Assembly (NCBI GenBank): GCA_976226885.1
Contig: OZ320317.1
Location: 38,626,001 to 38,690,000 of the forward strand
Direction of reading: 5' to 3'
Length of the DNA: 64,000 nt
From: Iphione sp. A-MEVVRFRX5
Taxonomy: Eukaryota
Shown in pieces: positions 21,921 through 34,299 of this stretch (positions are counted from its first letter, which is position 1; each line of letters starts with the position of its first letter). A model generated the notes under the pieces. The model saw nothing but the letters and a program-made list of their open reading frames with translations, had not been told where the DNA came from and did no database searches. The translations under genes were made by a program, and so were the position numbers.

Positions 21921-24252
21921 ATATATGGTTACGGAAAGTAAATATTCGGTTAAATAGTACTTTTTATACAGAGAAACACTTGGTTATTTGAAATTGTTAC
22001 AGTTAAGGAAGAATTCTGATTAATGCGACTCCGGTACATGAGGTCTCTGTACATGTAGAAGATTTATTTGAACATTTGACAGTTGGAAATGGACATGAAA
22101 ATGTTGGATATAACATTTTTACTCAAAATCAGAAGTAGAATAATCGGTTCACATAAAATAAACGATCTCAATTATGTTAGAAACTTATCCTCTTAGTAAT
22201 ACTCTCTAAGTCCTCCCTAGTAGATATTGTTAGCTAACGAGTCTTTATCTTTTCTGTACTTGAACAGCTAGGCTGATTCGCTTGATTATGATAGGAGCAC
22301 CTCCTGTTATTGTATTTATTTCGGTCGAATGGTGCGCTAATCGTGTAACAAGGTTCTGCGGATGTTTTTAGTTTACTATAAACACGTCTGTTGCGGCTTG
22401 ATACCACAAGGACAGACAACCCAGATAAAGGAGGGAGGAGGGGGCAATTGAAGAAACTGGAATATCGCAGTATTATTTGTCTTAAACAACCCCTCTTGAT
22501 TGTGGTACCGATACTAATATTGGTATATCCCGTAAATGAACGTATGCTTTACCGAAGATTCCATACCTGAAAAGGTCGTTAACTTTCTGATTGAGTGAAT
22601 TTTCAAAATCCATTCCTGTGCCGAACTAAATAATGCATACTTCTATTATTGGCTGTCACCATGGTGATGTTCACCTCTGTTGCTGAGTCGCTGAAATTAT
22701 TTCGCCTCTGCTCTTTTTGAATGCTACCTTTTTTAATTCGTTGGTGAAATGGTGGGGCGCGCCTTCCTGAGGGCCAGCGAGGTGCCATTGTCAAAGTGTC
22801 AGCCATGCAATTAAGACTGACCGATGGGTAAGCTGGTAGCCAGCGTGACTGGTGTCGCAAGCATTACGCACAGTTGTCACCCCTGAACCTGACTTTCATT
22901 TGAACCCAGCTTGTCGAATCGTGTACCGCCTCCACAAGCAATATGTGCCCTCCTTTATTCCAGAACGAAGCGGGATGTGGCGAGCAGACAACATGTGTGT
23001 CCAGCCAATCGTTATACAATGTATTTGTATCAAGCAAGTGCATTTACTGCTTATCTGACTGATGTCACAATCTCTGCCATTTAGACTACTCTGTTCTTCG
23101 ACGAAGAACACACGGAGAGAGAAAAAACCCGAGAGTTTTATCTAATCCGTCTACAGTTTCCTAGGATAGATATTTCAGCCGGAGGGTAATTGTGTTCATG
23201 TGAACAAAGGTTCTTACCAGCGAGTATTATGTAAATCAGAAATTGACTGAAATTCAGTAGCAAACGATATATGTCGACACGGACATAAATTTTGGAATAA
23301 ATTTTAATATCAAAAAAGTAACTTATTTCAAGGATACCTTTAGTTTCATATTCAACAGAATGACCATTTCTTTAGCAGAGCGCATTGATGTGAAGAATGT
23401 ATAACGAGGAGTCCATTTACATGTATCTGTTATCTGTCGACAACCAGTGATAGCATCAAGCCATTCCACAGTATTGTAAAGTTAGGAATACTCGTAAAGG
23501 TTTTATGGTTCTCGTCTTAAATTTCAAAATGATTCTCTCTCATGTTAAGCTTTAAGACACAGTGATTAGTCCCTTCAACTACACTGATAATCTTAGATTC
23601 TATAAAGTTAGTCATTTCTGACTATGCCAAGTTAGACTTGAAGAAGGTAGTCATATTAACTAATACCTCAGTCAAAATATAAGTTATTATGACTGAGAAA
23701 TTAGGCATCATGACCATATAAACTCAATCCAGAAATAAAGGTTGCATTAGTCATGAATGGCTATGATGTTAGTAGATATGACCAGAGCAGATCATCTTAA
23801 AAGTCAAATCATTAAACAGCAAAATTAATATTAAAATCGTACATATGTAAAGCTATAGTATTGTAATAGCTGATTTTTCAAAGAAAACAAAACTTAGTGA
23901 TAAAGCAAATAGATACAACAGCAAAAAGAAGAGGGACTACATTTTTGCAACTGCGTATGAAGACACTGCTCACAGGACCAAGAGGTGCACAGGAAAAGGC
24001 CGACACTAATGACGAAAGCGTTTTGCCGATTTTTGCTATTTTTCCTGCCTTAAATCAACCAGACCTCATCGGATTCATTTCAGGTATGTAAAGAGCTTTC
24101 ATTTGATATAAAGAACATGTCTGTACGTTGAGTTTGAGTGCTACAATTGCAGATTTTAATTGAACCACGTGGAGATCACAATATAGCGGCCGACTGCTGT
24201 CCGAGTGGTGTCATTAGCTGACAGTGGCAGTCGCCAACATGGTAGCTGCACT

Positions 24253-24403
24253 ACGTTACGTTTTCGGCTGCCAAGGCGCGGTAAATGCAGCTACAGACAC
24301 ATGCTATAGCTCGTTGGAAAGCTCTTGTTGTGAGCTTCCCAACGAGCTATAGCTTGTGTCTGTAGCTACATTTGCTGCGCCTTGGTGGCTGAAAACGTAA
24401 TGT
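24253..24403. repeat. 151-bp imperfect palindrome in the 5' region of the CACTA element
   Basis: Arms of about 72 nt around a TTGTTGT loop (GAAAGCTC-TTGTTGT-GAGCTTCC at the centre), with roughly 9 mismatches. Confidence 0.9.
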
Positions 24404-24948
24404 CGCCGAGTCGGCCGCTGATGGAGTCAACCGCTGACAGTATGCAGTTGTGACAGGGAGGATCAACTATTCTGGTGAAACATTATTGCCTATTTTGCTA
24501 TCAAAGAATTCATTCTTGGTGAAGTGTTATCACCTGTATATTTAAGTGAATGTGAATGATTTGGGACTTATCTCAGATTTCTTCCATTTGGTATATTATC
24601 AGGCAGTCAGAAAATATCAATGTATATGTACAGGGAAAACAAAATAGTTATGAAAAAGTCTTTCATGTCTCCGGCCATGCTATTTTCCACTTCTGTCACC
24701 TTCACTGATACTGGACCAGCTACTTGGCTGCTATGTTATGATCAAATTTCCATTTCAAGTGCTCATAGAAGGAATGGGTGTAGATCCTCGAAATAAAAAC
24801 CACTCTCTCCCTCACACTGTCAGCTTTTAAATGCTTTTTTGTTTGTATACAAATTGGATCAATATTAAGAAAATGGTGAGCATTCTCCTCATTCCCAGGT
24901 GTGAATATACTCTATGTGCCATATCTGTTATCTTTTCCAGAAATTATC

Positions 24949-27900
24949 ATGGAATCTATTGGAGCAAAGGGCGGGTGAGTGTCGCTTCCACAATGTATAG
25001 CTGTGAGTATTGTAGGGAAGAATCACACTTCAGAAAGTACTCCGAATTCTTGTCCCACCAAAGCCGGCAGCATGGAAATGATAAGAGATTTAGACTTATT
25101 TGTCCAGATAGAACTTGCTACAAAACATATACTACAATCAGGACTATCAAACGGCACCTTCAGAAAAAGCATTCAGACTTATTTACCAGACTTTTTCCAT
25201 TGTATTTAAACAGAGGGCAGACTGATATACAATATGAGACAGTAGATGATGATGTTAGTGTTTTGGAAGAGGTAGTTGCCACTACAGCTTCAGAGAATGC
25301 TGAGGACCCAATTAAAAAAGAGGATGTAGGAAGGACATTATTGAAAATAAGAGAAAAGTTTGGAATATCTGCAGTTTCAGTTGCAGAGGCAGCTGATGAG
25401 ATAAAAGACTTAGTGGAAAAAGACTCACTAGTATTGAAACAGAACATTAGACAGTGTTTGATAGAGTCTAATGTCGGCATTCCAGACAAACTAGATGAAC
25501 TGTTATTAAAGACATCACCACTGGTAGAAGCTCTGTCAGAACTTAACAGTCAGAAGAAACTTGACTCATACCTTGAGGAAAACTTTCCTCACATACCTCC
25601 TATTGAGTATATCCTGAATGAAGACAGGAATGAAAAGCATGACACAATACAATATATCTCCTTGGAAAAGTCCATTACAAGGCTTCTACACTTTGATGAT
25701 GTATTTGAAGAAGTCATTAAAGATAGGCAGTTAACAGACACTCTCAAAGATTGCTGTGATGGCAAAATTGTCCAAAATCATCCAATACTTTCTGATGAGA
25801 GCAAAGCCTTAGGGCTCATCATATACTTTGATGAATTTACCATAACAAACCCTCTTCGTGCTCAGTCAAAACAGTACAAAATTATGGCATGCTACTTCCA
25901 GCTGTCAAATTTACCCCCAAGAATGAGGTCTCAGTTGGATACAATTCATTTGGTCAGCCTGTGTAAAAGTGTGCACATACGAAAGTATGGGCTCCAAAGA
26001 ACTCAGCAATATTTGGTTGAGGAACTGAAATTACTCTCGGAACATGGCATTGTTATAGAACACAGAGGTAAAATGTTTAGTTTCAAATGTGAGCTGCTAT
26101 TTTGTTGTGGAGACAATCTTGCTGCACATCAAGTTGGTGGTTTTGTGGAGAGTTTTTCTGCAAACAGACCCTGTAGATTTTGTCTTGCTACTAGGAATGA
26201 TGTCATGGAAGGTAGATTAGGACAAATCAGAACCAAAGATAATGTTGATAAACAGGCAGAACTGGCAGAAAAGTTTTCTCAATTAAGGAGTACTTATGGA
26301 ATCAACAGAAAATCAATTTTCTCTGATTTGAACCATTTCCATGTAACATGTGGGCTCCCTAGTGATATTGCCCATGATTTATTTGAGGGCATTATTAAGA
26401 CAATCATGACAGAGGTAGTCAAGCATTGCATTCACATGAAGTTTTTCACTTTAGAAGAACTAAACAAGCAAATTACTGCCTTTCCATACTGTGGACCTGA
26501 CAAATGTGACAAGCCAAATCCTATCACATCAGCTCTTGAGGTGAAACAAACAATCCTGAGAATGTGGTGCCTGTTCCGTTTATTCCCGTTCATGATAGGT
26601 GATAAGATTCCACCAAATGATGAGGTTTGGAAACTGTACATCAACTTATCAACCATTGTTGAGTACATCTGTGCTCCAGCTCTAAAGCCACATCAAGTGG
26701 AAGCAATGCGGAAACTTATCATAGAGTATGATCATAAGAGAATGCAGGTATTGCCAAATACATCAAGGAAACCAAAAGATCATTATATACTACACTATGC
26801 AGACCAGTTCTTAAACTATGGTCCACTGATACATCTATGGACAGTAAGATTTGAAGCAAAGCACCAGTTCTTCTGTAAAGTTTCCAAGCTTAACACCTGT
26901 AGGAAAAATATCTGCAAGTCACTTGCAAAACGCCACCAATACAGAGATATTCTGTCAAGCAATCAGAAGAACCTGTTACTGCCTTTATCACCATATATAG
27001 TGAAAGGGAAGAAATCTATGGTGAAAAATGTCACAAGCTGTCTGCGAAATGCGTTGCAAATGGTGTGTCCAATGGAGGAATATGTATATGTTGGACAAGA
27101 ATTGCATGTAGGACATAACATCTATAGAAAAAACATGGCAGTAATCATGAAGGCATCAAGTCTTCAATTTGCAGAGATGGTCTGTGGCATTTGTTTGCAA
27201 GGAGAATACTTTCTGGCCTGTCAAGAACTGCAAAGCTCATATAATTCACACTTTCACTGTCATGTTGTGTCCAAGCAGCCACAAATGCTTCTTCTGAGAA
27301 TATCTGAATTAGCTGAACATCAGCCACTCAGTATATACCATCTACCTGGGGCTCCTCACCTTCGAGGAGTTCGCATTAAAAACATTGCTATGCTTTCATG
27401 ATATGGTGGCTTGTGCTGTAGTTGGATGTGACAAATCATTTTCCTATTTCAGAAATCTCCGATTTCATGTCACATGTGGCAAATGCAAGAAAATAATGAT
27501 ATGCAAAGCATTGGAGTTGACAGATGAAGTCAGCAAGCGGTTTGAGATTGACTGTTTCAAAATGCAATATTATATGCCAGAGGCAGAAGATTATGTTGAT
27601 TATGAAGAAGAAATGTTTGAATTCTTAAATGGTGAAGGAACCATTAACAAGATCATCGTGAAAACTAGTGAGAATTTAGATGAAGTCTCTACCATCTCCA
27701 CACCACCTGTCCCCCGGAGCAGTATAGAGCGCAGCTGTAGTCCAGGAGGACAAAGTAGCACAGGTACTGAAAGGCCTTTGAGGTTAGTGTAGCTTTAAGA
27801 TGAATGGGAAATATATTTAAGATGAGTATTTGTAATTCAATGTCAGGCCTTTCAGCATTGCATTCAGAAATACTTATTTAACATACTGTCGAACTAAACT

Positions 27901-30900
27901 TCTCTAAAGCACAAAGTCTCACCTTAAAATAGATTATCTATCATATTTCATGTAATACTAGGGAGATTCTATATAACAAGCAGAGATCTTTTGACATTTA
28001 GACATGATTTATATCAAAAGGCAAAGTTTTTATGAAACTGAATATACATGTATCTGGAAAACCTTTTTAAGGCCAAACAGGAATATCCCTTGGTTACATA
28101 GCACTTGCCTGTCCTCAGCCAAACAGAGGTTCCACTTACAGACAACCAAGTAGTTAAGGCATTTATTGAATTAAAGTATGTATCTTAATCTAAATGTCTG
28201 TATATTTTATCACTACATGATTTTAAAACTTGTACATTTTTACTACTAATTCATTAAGTTCTTTTTCCAGTCCTCTGATGGTTGAGTTTCCTGTCAACTT
28301 TCTTGCTCCTGATATCAAGAGAAAGCTTGACAGAGAGGAGAGACTTGCAACACATGAACTTAGCTGGATATGCAAAGCATGGTATCAATACTATATGTCA
28401 GTCAAGAATGATAGGTATGTATCTATTGCAGTTTAGCAAAATTTTACTCATGCCAAATAATTTAAATTCACTCAATTCTTGTCTATCTTGGCAAAGAGTA
28501 TAAACCTATCATGTGATGAAACTAGATACTCATACCCTGACCAAGTATCGTAATACCTGTTTGAAAGCATTCAATGTTATGTTGATATATGTTGACCATA
28601 ACATAATAACCCATATCTATCCTTTGACTTTTCATCAGTTATCCAGACTATAAAGCTTTGGCAGCAGCAACAATCTTGCAATTCCCTTCCCTATCACAAG
28701 GCGACAGAGAAACTTCCATTGTATATTAATCATTATTACTGTTATTTTTACCTAGATATAATATGCTTGTGCAAAGTTCTGTTTCCTCAAATGTTACACT
28801 TTATAAAAACTGTTTACATTCTTCTTAGATGATTTTTGGTCAAGTGCATTATTATACTTTTTTCCTAATTAATTGTTATCAGAAAGTACATATTAAGGGA
28901 CATTATTTGAGGAAATATGATGTTATCAATCCCCAATCACCACTCAAAAACCTAAGCAATTGATTTTGTTGGTTGAACATCAATTATGAGTCAATAGCTG
29001 TGTCACATAAAGGATAGGAGAAACTTTAAAAGACTTCAACAACTATTTATATTTGCATTTAACACAGCCAGAGAAACAAATTTTGTCCATTGGCCCTTAA
29101 TCAGTTAGAGACGATGATAGATGCATTTGAATGTAACTGTTAATTTGTGTTTATTAGTACTATCAATGTTTCAGATGTCTTTCTTGGTTCCTTTGTTGCA
29201 AATTTTGTATTTATAGTTGTTAAGTTTGGTAGTTTCTCAATAGTTTTAATTGGATTAATGGAATATGCTCAATTTTGTATTGGGCAGTTCACATAGAACA
29301 ATGAATTTGCAATCAAGTTATGTATTCTTTAACTTAAAAATATAATTTTCTGTCATTATTTATCATATTATCTTAAATTATACAATAAAAGTATACTACA
29401 TAATATAACAAATCTAACAAGTAATATTCATGACATGGATTATTTACTTGAATCTGATTTATTGTTGGTAAATTAATTTCCAATGTATTTATATAACCTA
29501 TAATCAAACTCAGTCTGTATAAACTCTGTATCCATAAATATGTAGTTTACAAGTAAATTCCATTTGTGAACACAAATATTTTAGTAAAGCAATAACATTT
29601 CTAATATAATGTGATAAATTTTATATCTTCTCAGGATTTATGGCGTGATCGTATTCAGACCCACTTTCAAAATCGTAGGAAGAGAAAGGACCGTGATCAT
29701 CCAGCAGTTGCATTACAAGTTGCAAAGAAAGCAAAGATAGCTCATAAAGGATCTATGGCTAACAAACATGGATTCACTAATTGGGCCCCTGCACCAGATG
29801 GGACTGATGATGAAGATTCATTAGCAAGTCATAGAAAGGTAAGTTGTTATAGAATGATTATATGACTCTAGCATATATAATTTGACAGTACAGATATAAA
29901 CTTTTAACATATGCTTTGTTTTTCCTATTCTAGTTAAAAGTAATATTTCTTGGATGGTTTGCACAAATTTTCAAAAGTTTACTGTAAAGGTTGAATATAT
30001 TAATGTCCTCTTTTAAAAAAAGTCACATTCTGATAAGCTATTATATTGAAATATGCCAATATCTTTCAAGTCTGAAAAGAACTCTTACATATGTGGCCTA
30101 CAAAGAGGTAATAGTTTTCTCTAATCTGATTTACACTATAGGTACTACAGACAGAGTACAAGAAGACCAAACCAGAATATGGGTTGGTGGACCAGTTAAT
30201 GGATCTCACATTTTGTGACAGAAGATCTCAGGTTTTAGCAAATAAGCCAATTGAAGAGATAGTAGGTGCATATCCCTGGCTGAAGAATAAGCAACAGGTT
30301 TGTGTATACTACTTGCACAAAAATATGAAAAAGTATGTTTTTAACATCTTCAAATAGAGCATATTAAATTCTCTATACTATGTTATATTATAGGAAGCCT
30401 GAATATGTAATTACATACATCTTTTCAATCTGCAGGTATCATAGCTCAATTTCTACATAATTTAATATTCTGTTTATTCTCCAGATTGACAAGGAGTTTA
30501 CACGATTGGAGCCCCCTGTAGACTTCGACAAGGCCATTGAAGAGGGTATGACAAAGCTACGGGAAAACATCTTGGCTAAGAAAACTGTAACTAAGGATAA
30601 AGCTGGTGGATTGGTTGACAAAGCTTCAAAAGAATGCTTGCCATCAGCTAGGACAGGTATACTATCCTATATTATTCTAATGTATAAATACATTGAAAAG
30701 TGATGTATTATTTTCATAAGTCTATTATTTCTAATAGTATTCTCTTAATTTTTGTATTTACTATTAAGATATATTAATACTGCTTTATCTGGTTTACTTA
30801 ACTTCCATCTCCCTAGCATTTATAATGTTACTGACTCTACAGAGAAGAACTAGTATTGAACTTTTCCTCCTACCATCAGGGTTGTCTTATAAGGGTCAGT

Positions 30901-32144
30901 ATAGACCCAATCTAAGCTAGCAGAAAACCCAGGTCAAAGTCCAGTGTTCTCCCAGTTCAGGGGGAAAAGATCAAGTCTCAGCAACATCCTACTATTTGTG
31001 AATGATAACTGCTGATTAGGGGAGGCATTCATTTAGTACAGATTAGAGGCGACGATGAGTTTTACTAACAATTTATAATGGAAACAAACGGACAGTCTAC
31101 ATATTAATCCAGTAAAGAGCTGTCTTAGTATGCTGCACAACAACCTAGCTCAAAGTAGCTCAGTGCAGAGGTCCCTTGGGGTTATCAGCTAAGGGATATA
31201 TCATATAATTGTTAATAATTTCAAACATCACATAGTGGAATACAAAGCATCAAATATAAAGGCCTAACAAGCTAACTATCCTGTACATGGTAATCATTTC
31301 AGTGTTCAATTAGTTTGAAATGAATCATTCCCCAGTGCAGAAATCAGTGTTAGTACCCCTGCGCATTAGTCACTGTAGCAATCAGCAGCTCATGAATATA
31401 GAAAAACTTTATTATTTGAAACTATGTTTGCTTTTAAGTGATTCGACAGGAAGCTGCCATCCTGAGATTGATAACAATTCTTGGAGAGAAGATTGAGGAC
31501 CTATGTATAACAGAGGATACAGAGGTATTTATTGATAAGCCTTCTTTGATAGGAAGATATTTTCATGAAAAAAGTACTGTTAGCAGACTTTGGTAGATTT
31601 TCAAGACCTCTCCTAGCACAAAAACATACCATCATATAAGTTTGCTCTAAAATTAATTAACCTCTATATTTTTCTTGTATATTTAAAGACACCAAGATCG
31701 CATTTTTGACCATCTATGACAGTTTTAAAGATATTTTCTCTTTAGATTTAATTCTTTCTATAGTTCCCATTAATGGCATTCATTGAATATCAAATTCTTT
31801 CTATTGAACTAATATATTATTTAAGAATTACTGTTGATGGATTTTCTCTTTTGCTTCTATAGGTAGCAGAAAATGATCCTACTCCCCATCTTCAGACTGT
31901 AGATGTACAGCTCTTTGATGGTACAGAAGAAATTGCAGTGGTAGTTGAGGGACAAAATGTTGGAAAGGCAACAGGACTGCTTGATGCCCTTGTACTAATG
32001 TTCAAGGTGTTGTACATCTATAATTTGTCATATCCAGCTAAACTGTCTAAGTTCTTTGGTTTTGTACAGAATTATTTTCTGGGTATTAAGGACAAGTCTG
32101 TGGTAGTAAAGGTACGAACCACTTATGCCAAGTTATGTAAGTAA
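24949..32144 (+). CDS. CACTA accessory gene, 10 coding exons, 512 aa (resembles the second, non-transposase ORF of animal EnSpm elements)
   Basis: Exons 24949-24974, 27453-27782, 28119-28175, 28271-28414, 28639-28720, 29635-29838, 30142-30297, 30485-30656, 31439-31524 and 31863-32144. All introns are GT-AG with compatible phases. Total 1539 nt with no internal stop. The C-terminus (LMFKVLYIYNLSYP..FFGFVQNYFLGI) resembles EnSpm accessory proteins, from recall. Confidence 0.75.
24993..27401 (+). CDS. CACTA/EnSpm-type transposase with N-terminal C2H2 zinc fingers (802 aa from ATG 24993)
   Basis: Uninterrupted ORF with two C2H2 fingers. Motifs YFDEF..TNPL, SNLPP..RSQL..IHLV, GDNLAAH..GGF.ESF....CRFC, DIAHDLFEG, PKDHYILHY and GPL..WTVRFEAKH. 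Confidence 0.9.
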   Translation: MYSCEYCREESHFRKYSEFLSHQSRQHGNDKRFRLICPDRTCYKTYTTIRTIKRHLQKKHSDLFTRLFPLYLNRGQTDIQYETVDDDVSVLEEVVATTASENAEDPIKKEDVGRTLLKIREKFGISAVSVAEAADEIKDLVEKDSLVLKQNIRQCLIESNVGIPDKLDELLLKTSPLVEALSELNSQKKLDSYLEENFPHIPPIEYILNEDRNEKHDTIQYISLEKSITRLLHFDDVFEEVIKDRQLTDTLKDCCDGKIVQNHPILSDESKALGLIIYFDEFTITNPLRAQSKQYKIMACYFQLSNLPPRMRSQLDTIHLVSLCKSVHIRKYGLQRTQQYLVEELKLLSEHGIVIEHRGKMFSFKCELLFCCGDNLAAHQVGGFVESFSANRPCRFCLATRNDVMEGRLGQIRTKDNVDKQAELAEKFSQLRSTYGINRKSIFSDLNHFHVTCGLPSDIAHDLFEGIIKTIMTEVVKHCIHMKFFTLEELNKQITAFPYCGPDKCDKPNPITSALEVKQTILRMWCLFRLFPFMIGDKIPPNDEVWKLYINLSTIVEYICAPALKPHQVEAMRKLIIEYDHKRMQVLPNTSRKPKDHYILHYADQFLNYGPLIHLWTVRFEAKHQFFCKVSKLNTCRKNICKSLAKRHQYRDILSSNQKNLLLPLSPYIVKGKKSMVKNVTSCLRNALQMVCPMEEYVYVGQELHVGHNIYRKNMAVIMKASSLQFAEMVCGICLQGEYFLACQELQSSYNSHFHCHVVSKQPQMLLLRISELAEHQPLSIYHLPGAPHLRGVRIKNIAMLS

Positions 32145-32378
32145 ATACATTTTTCAAATGTACAGTTTCAGCTTTTGCTACAGAAAGTTCATAAGTTTGG
32201 ATTGTCTTAACATGATGATCCTGCTTTCTATCTTCAGTGTACTCTTATGCAGCAATGTTGAGTGGTGTAGTTTTGCCACAATTAAATGTTCAAGTGCTAC
32301 AGATTATCTTTGTATGATGATTCTACTTCCTACTGTTAGTCTACTGATCTGTAGCTTTTTAATTATACTCAAGATATG

Positions 32379-32890
32379 GCAGGGATAGTTCAGGGCTGAT
32401 GAGGTTTACAGGTAGCAGTTTTATCTGAAAACCTTAAACCACTATTCAAAGTATTTTATATCTAAGACTTGATATGATATATCTTTGAAGTTTTAGAGGT
32501 TATTTTTAACATTCCCTCAGTATGACAAAGTCTGAGGTATTCCAAGTCACAAAAAAGACTTAGCCAATTATATTCTTTTGTTTGGCTGTATAGGTTTATG
32601 TTTCATGTAACTACATTCTATAAAAAGAAGAAAGCTTTAGCAGGGATAGCTCAGGGCTAATGTGTTTTACAGGTAGCAGTTCTACCTGAAAATCTTAAAC
32701 TACTGGTCAAATTATTTTATATCTAAGACTTGGTATAACTTTGTAGTTTTAGAGGTTATTTTTTAACATTCCCTTAGTATGGCAAAGTCTGAGGTATTCC
32801 AAGAGGCAAAAAAGAGTCAGCCAACTATATCCTAATGTTTGGATATATGAGTGTATGTTTCATGTAATGATTCTATACGAAAGGAGAAAT
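32379..32890 (+). repeat. Diverged tandem duplication (~260-bp unit x2, partial third copy near 33070-33245) in the CACTA 3' region
   Basis: Both units begin GCAGGGATAG.TCAGGGCT and share TTTTATATCTAAGACTTG, TTTTAGAGGTTATTTTT and AAAGTCTGAGGTATTCCAAG. Confidence 0.85.
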
Positions 32891-34299
32891 TGTAATCATT
32901 AGTACCTCAAGTATTTTGAGCTTATACTTAAATTTAGTCCTGAAGTGCTAGTTCATGGCAAGTGTGTTCTGATAGTTTAGAGTTAATGTGTTTTACATAG
33001 TAGCACTGTTAGACTTAGTGTAACCAAAGACATTGTCCAGCCTGTTTTCTTTCAAGAGGTTTCACAAGTTAATCTGTGTAGTTTTAGAGGGCATTTTTCC
33101 TCCATATGTAAGACCAAGACCATGTCCTCTGTATGTAAGAGCAAGTTTGAGATATTCCAAATAGCAAACCTTGAGTCAGCCGGTTAAGTCCTGGTGTTTA
33201 GACTCATAAATGTATGTCTAATCTAGGTACATTCTATACAAAAAAGGAAAAAAAATCTGTTCCAGTGCCTTATTTATTTAGAGCATATTCTTTGGTTATA
33301 GTAATTTTTTGTATTTTTTTATTTAATGTACCAAATATTTCAGGAAAAAACTCGTTTTTAACTTCTCAGTGTTTAAACTGCTTTGGTATGCACACATACC
33401 TTCATAAAATATGCATGTTTTTTAACAAAAGCTGGTATTGAAATAAACATTTGTATTTTACAGTATGCTTTCTTATTTTTTCAGAATATTTATACATGAC
33501 TAAGAATTTAAGTCTAAATATTAATAGAAATATGATTTCTTACAGGTTTAAAAGCTCTTCTCAAGTACACAGCAGATCACTCTTAGTGAAAGAATGAACT
33601 GTTGTGTATTTTGCAGAAGATGAAATAGATTAGTCCATTATGACCATACCAACTTAGTAAAACAGACTAATAGATTAGTCAAAAAATTCCTAGAAATGAA
33701 AATGTTCTTAGTCAAAATAACTAACATAAATATTTATTTGAACATCTCAGATTAGTCATTTTGATCTATATGCTTAGTCATTTTGACTAACTTGATGTAC
33801 ATATTCCCAGAAATTTGATGACTAATGTTCTTAGTCATACAAGACTAAGGTGACTAACTTGCCTTAGGTCACTTTTGGCACCGTCGTTTTGACCTAAGAA
33901 AGTTAGTCACTGATGACTAAGATTTCAAGGCCTGAGATTATCAGTGTAGGGATACAATGGGAATACTGGTGTATTGACCACTTGAAACCATATAAATATA
34001 TATATATACATTTGTACACCCAAAAAGTGACCATATGACTGAAACGTGAGTATCAATTGAAATAGACGAAAGAGTGAAAAAATACAATGACAAGAGAGAT
34101 GTAATGATGTACTGTAGCAAATCACTACTAGAGATGACCTCCAGGAGTCGAATCAAGCATGTAAACTAGTCCTAAATGGGACACTGAGGACTGAAATCTC
34201 ATCTCGGTAATTGAGGAATAAGGCAGGCCTTACCGCCCTGGTAGTTAGGGGTGGAAGGCTACTAAAATTGTTGGTACAAAGTCTAGGGAGAATAGGTGA

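Larger units (their letters stand above)
23582..33946 (+). mobile_element. Complete CACTA/EnSpm (CMC superfamily) DNA transposon, 10,365 bp
   Basis: TIRs CACTGATAATCTTAG / CTGAGATTATCAGTG (14 of 15 match). TA on both flanks (23580-81 and 33947-48). Arrays of TTAGTCA/TGACTAA subterminal motifs at both ends. Contains a transposase ORF and a spliced accessory gene. Confidence 0.9.

Noticed and set aside
24831-24992. N-terminal 54 aa of the 856-aa ORF call
   Set aside because: This region contains intron sequence, an acceptor and a donor. The C2H2 domain starts at ATG 24993.
27385-27452. Accessory ORF starting at ATG 27403, one base after the transposase stop (bicistronic reading)
   Set aside because: Not excluded, but a strong acceptor at 27452 and an in-frame phase-2 ATG exon at 24949-24974 explain the structure better.
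32396-32450. Hammerhead-ribozyme-like CTGATGAG followed by a stem
   Set aside because: The stem is followed by TTAAA rather than GAAA, stems I and III cannot be formed, and the second tandem copy lacks the core.
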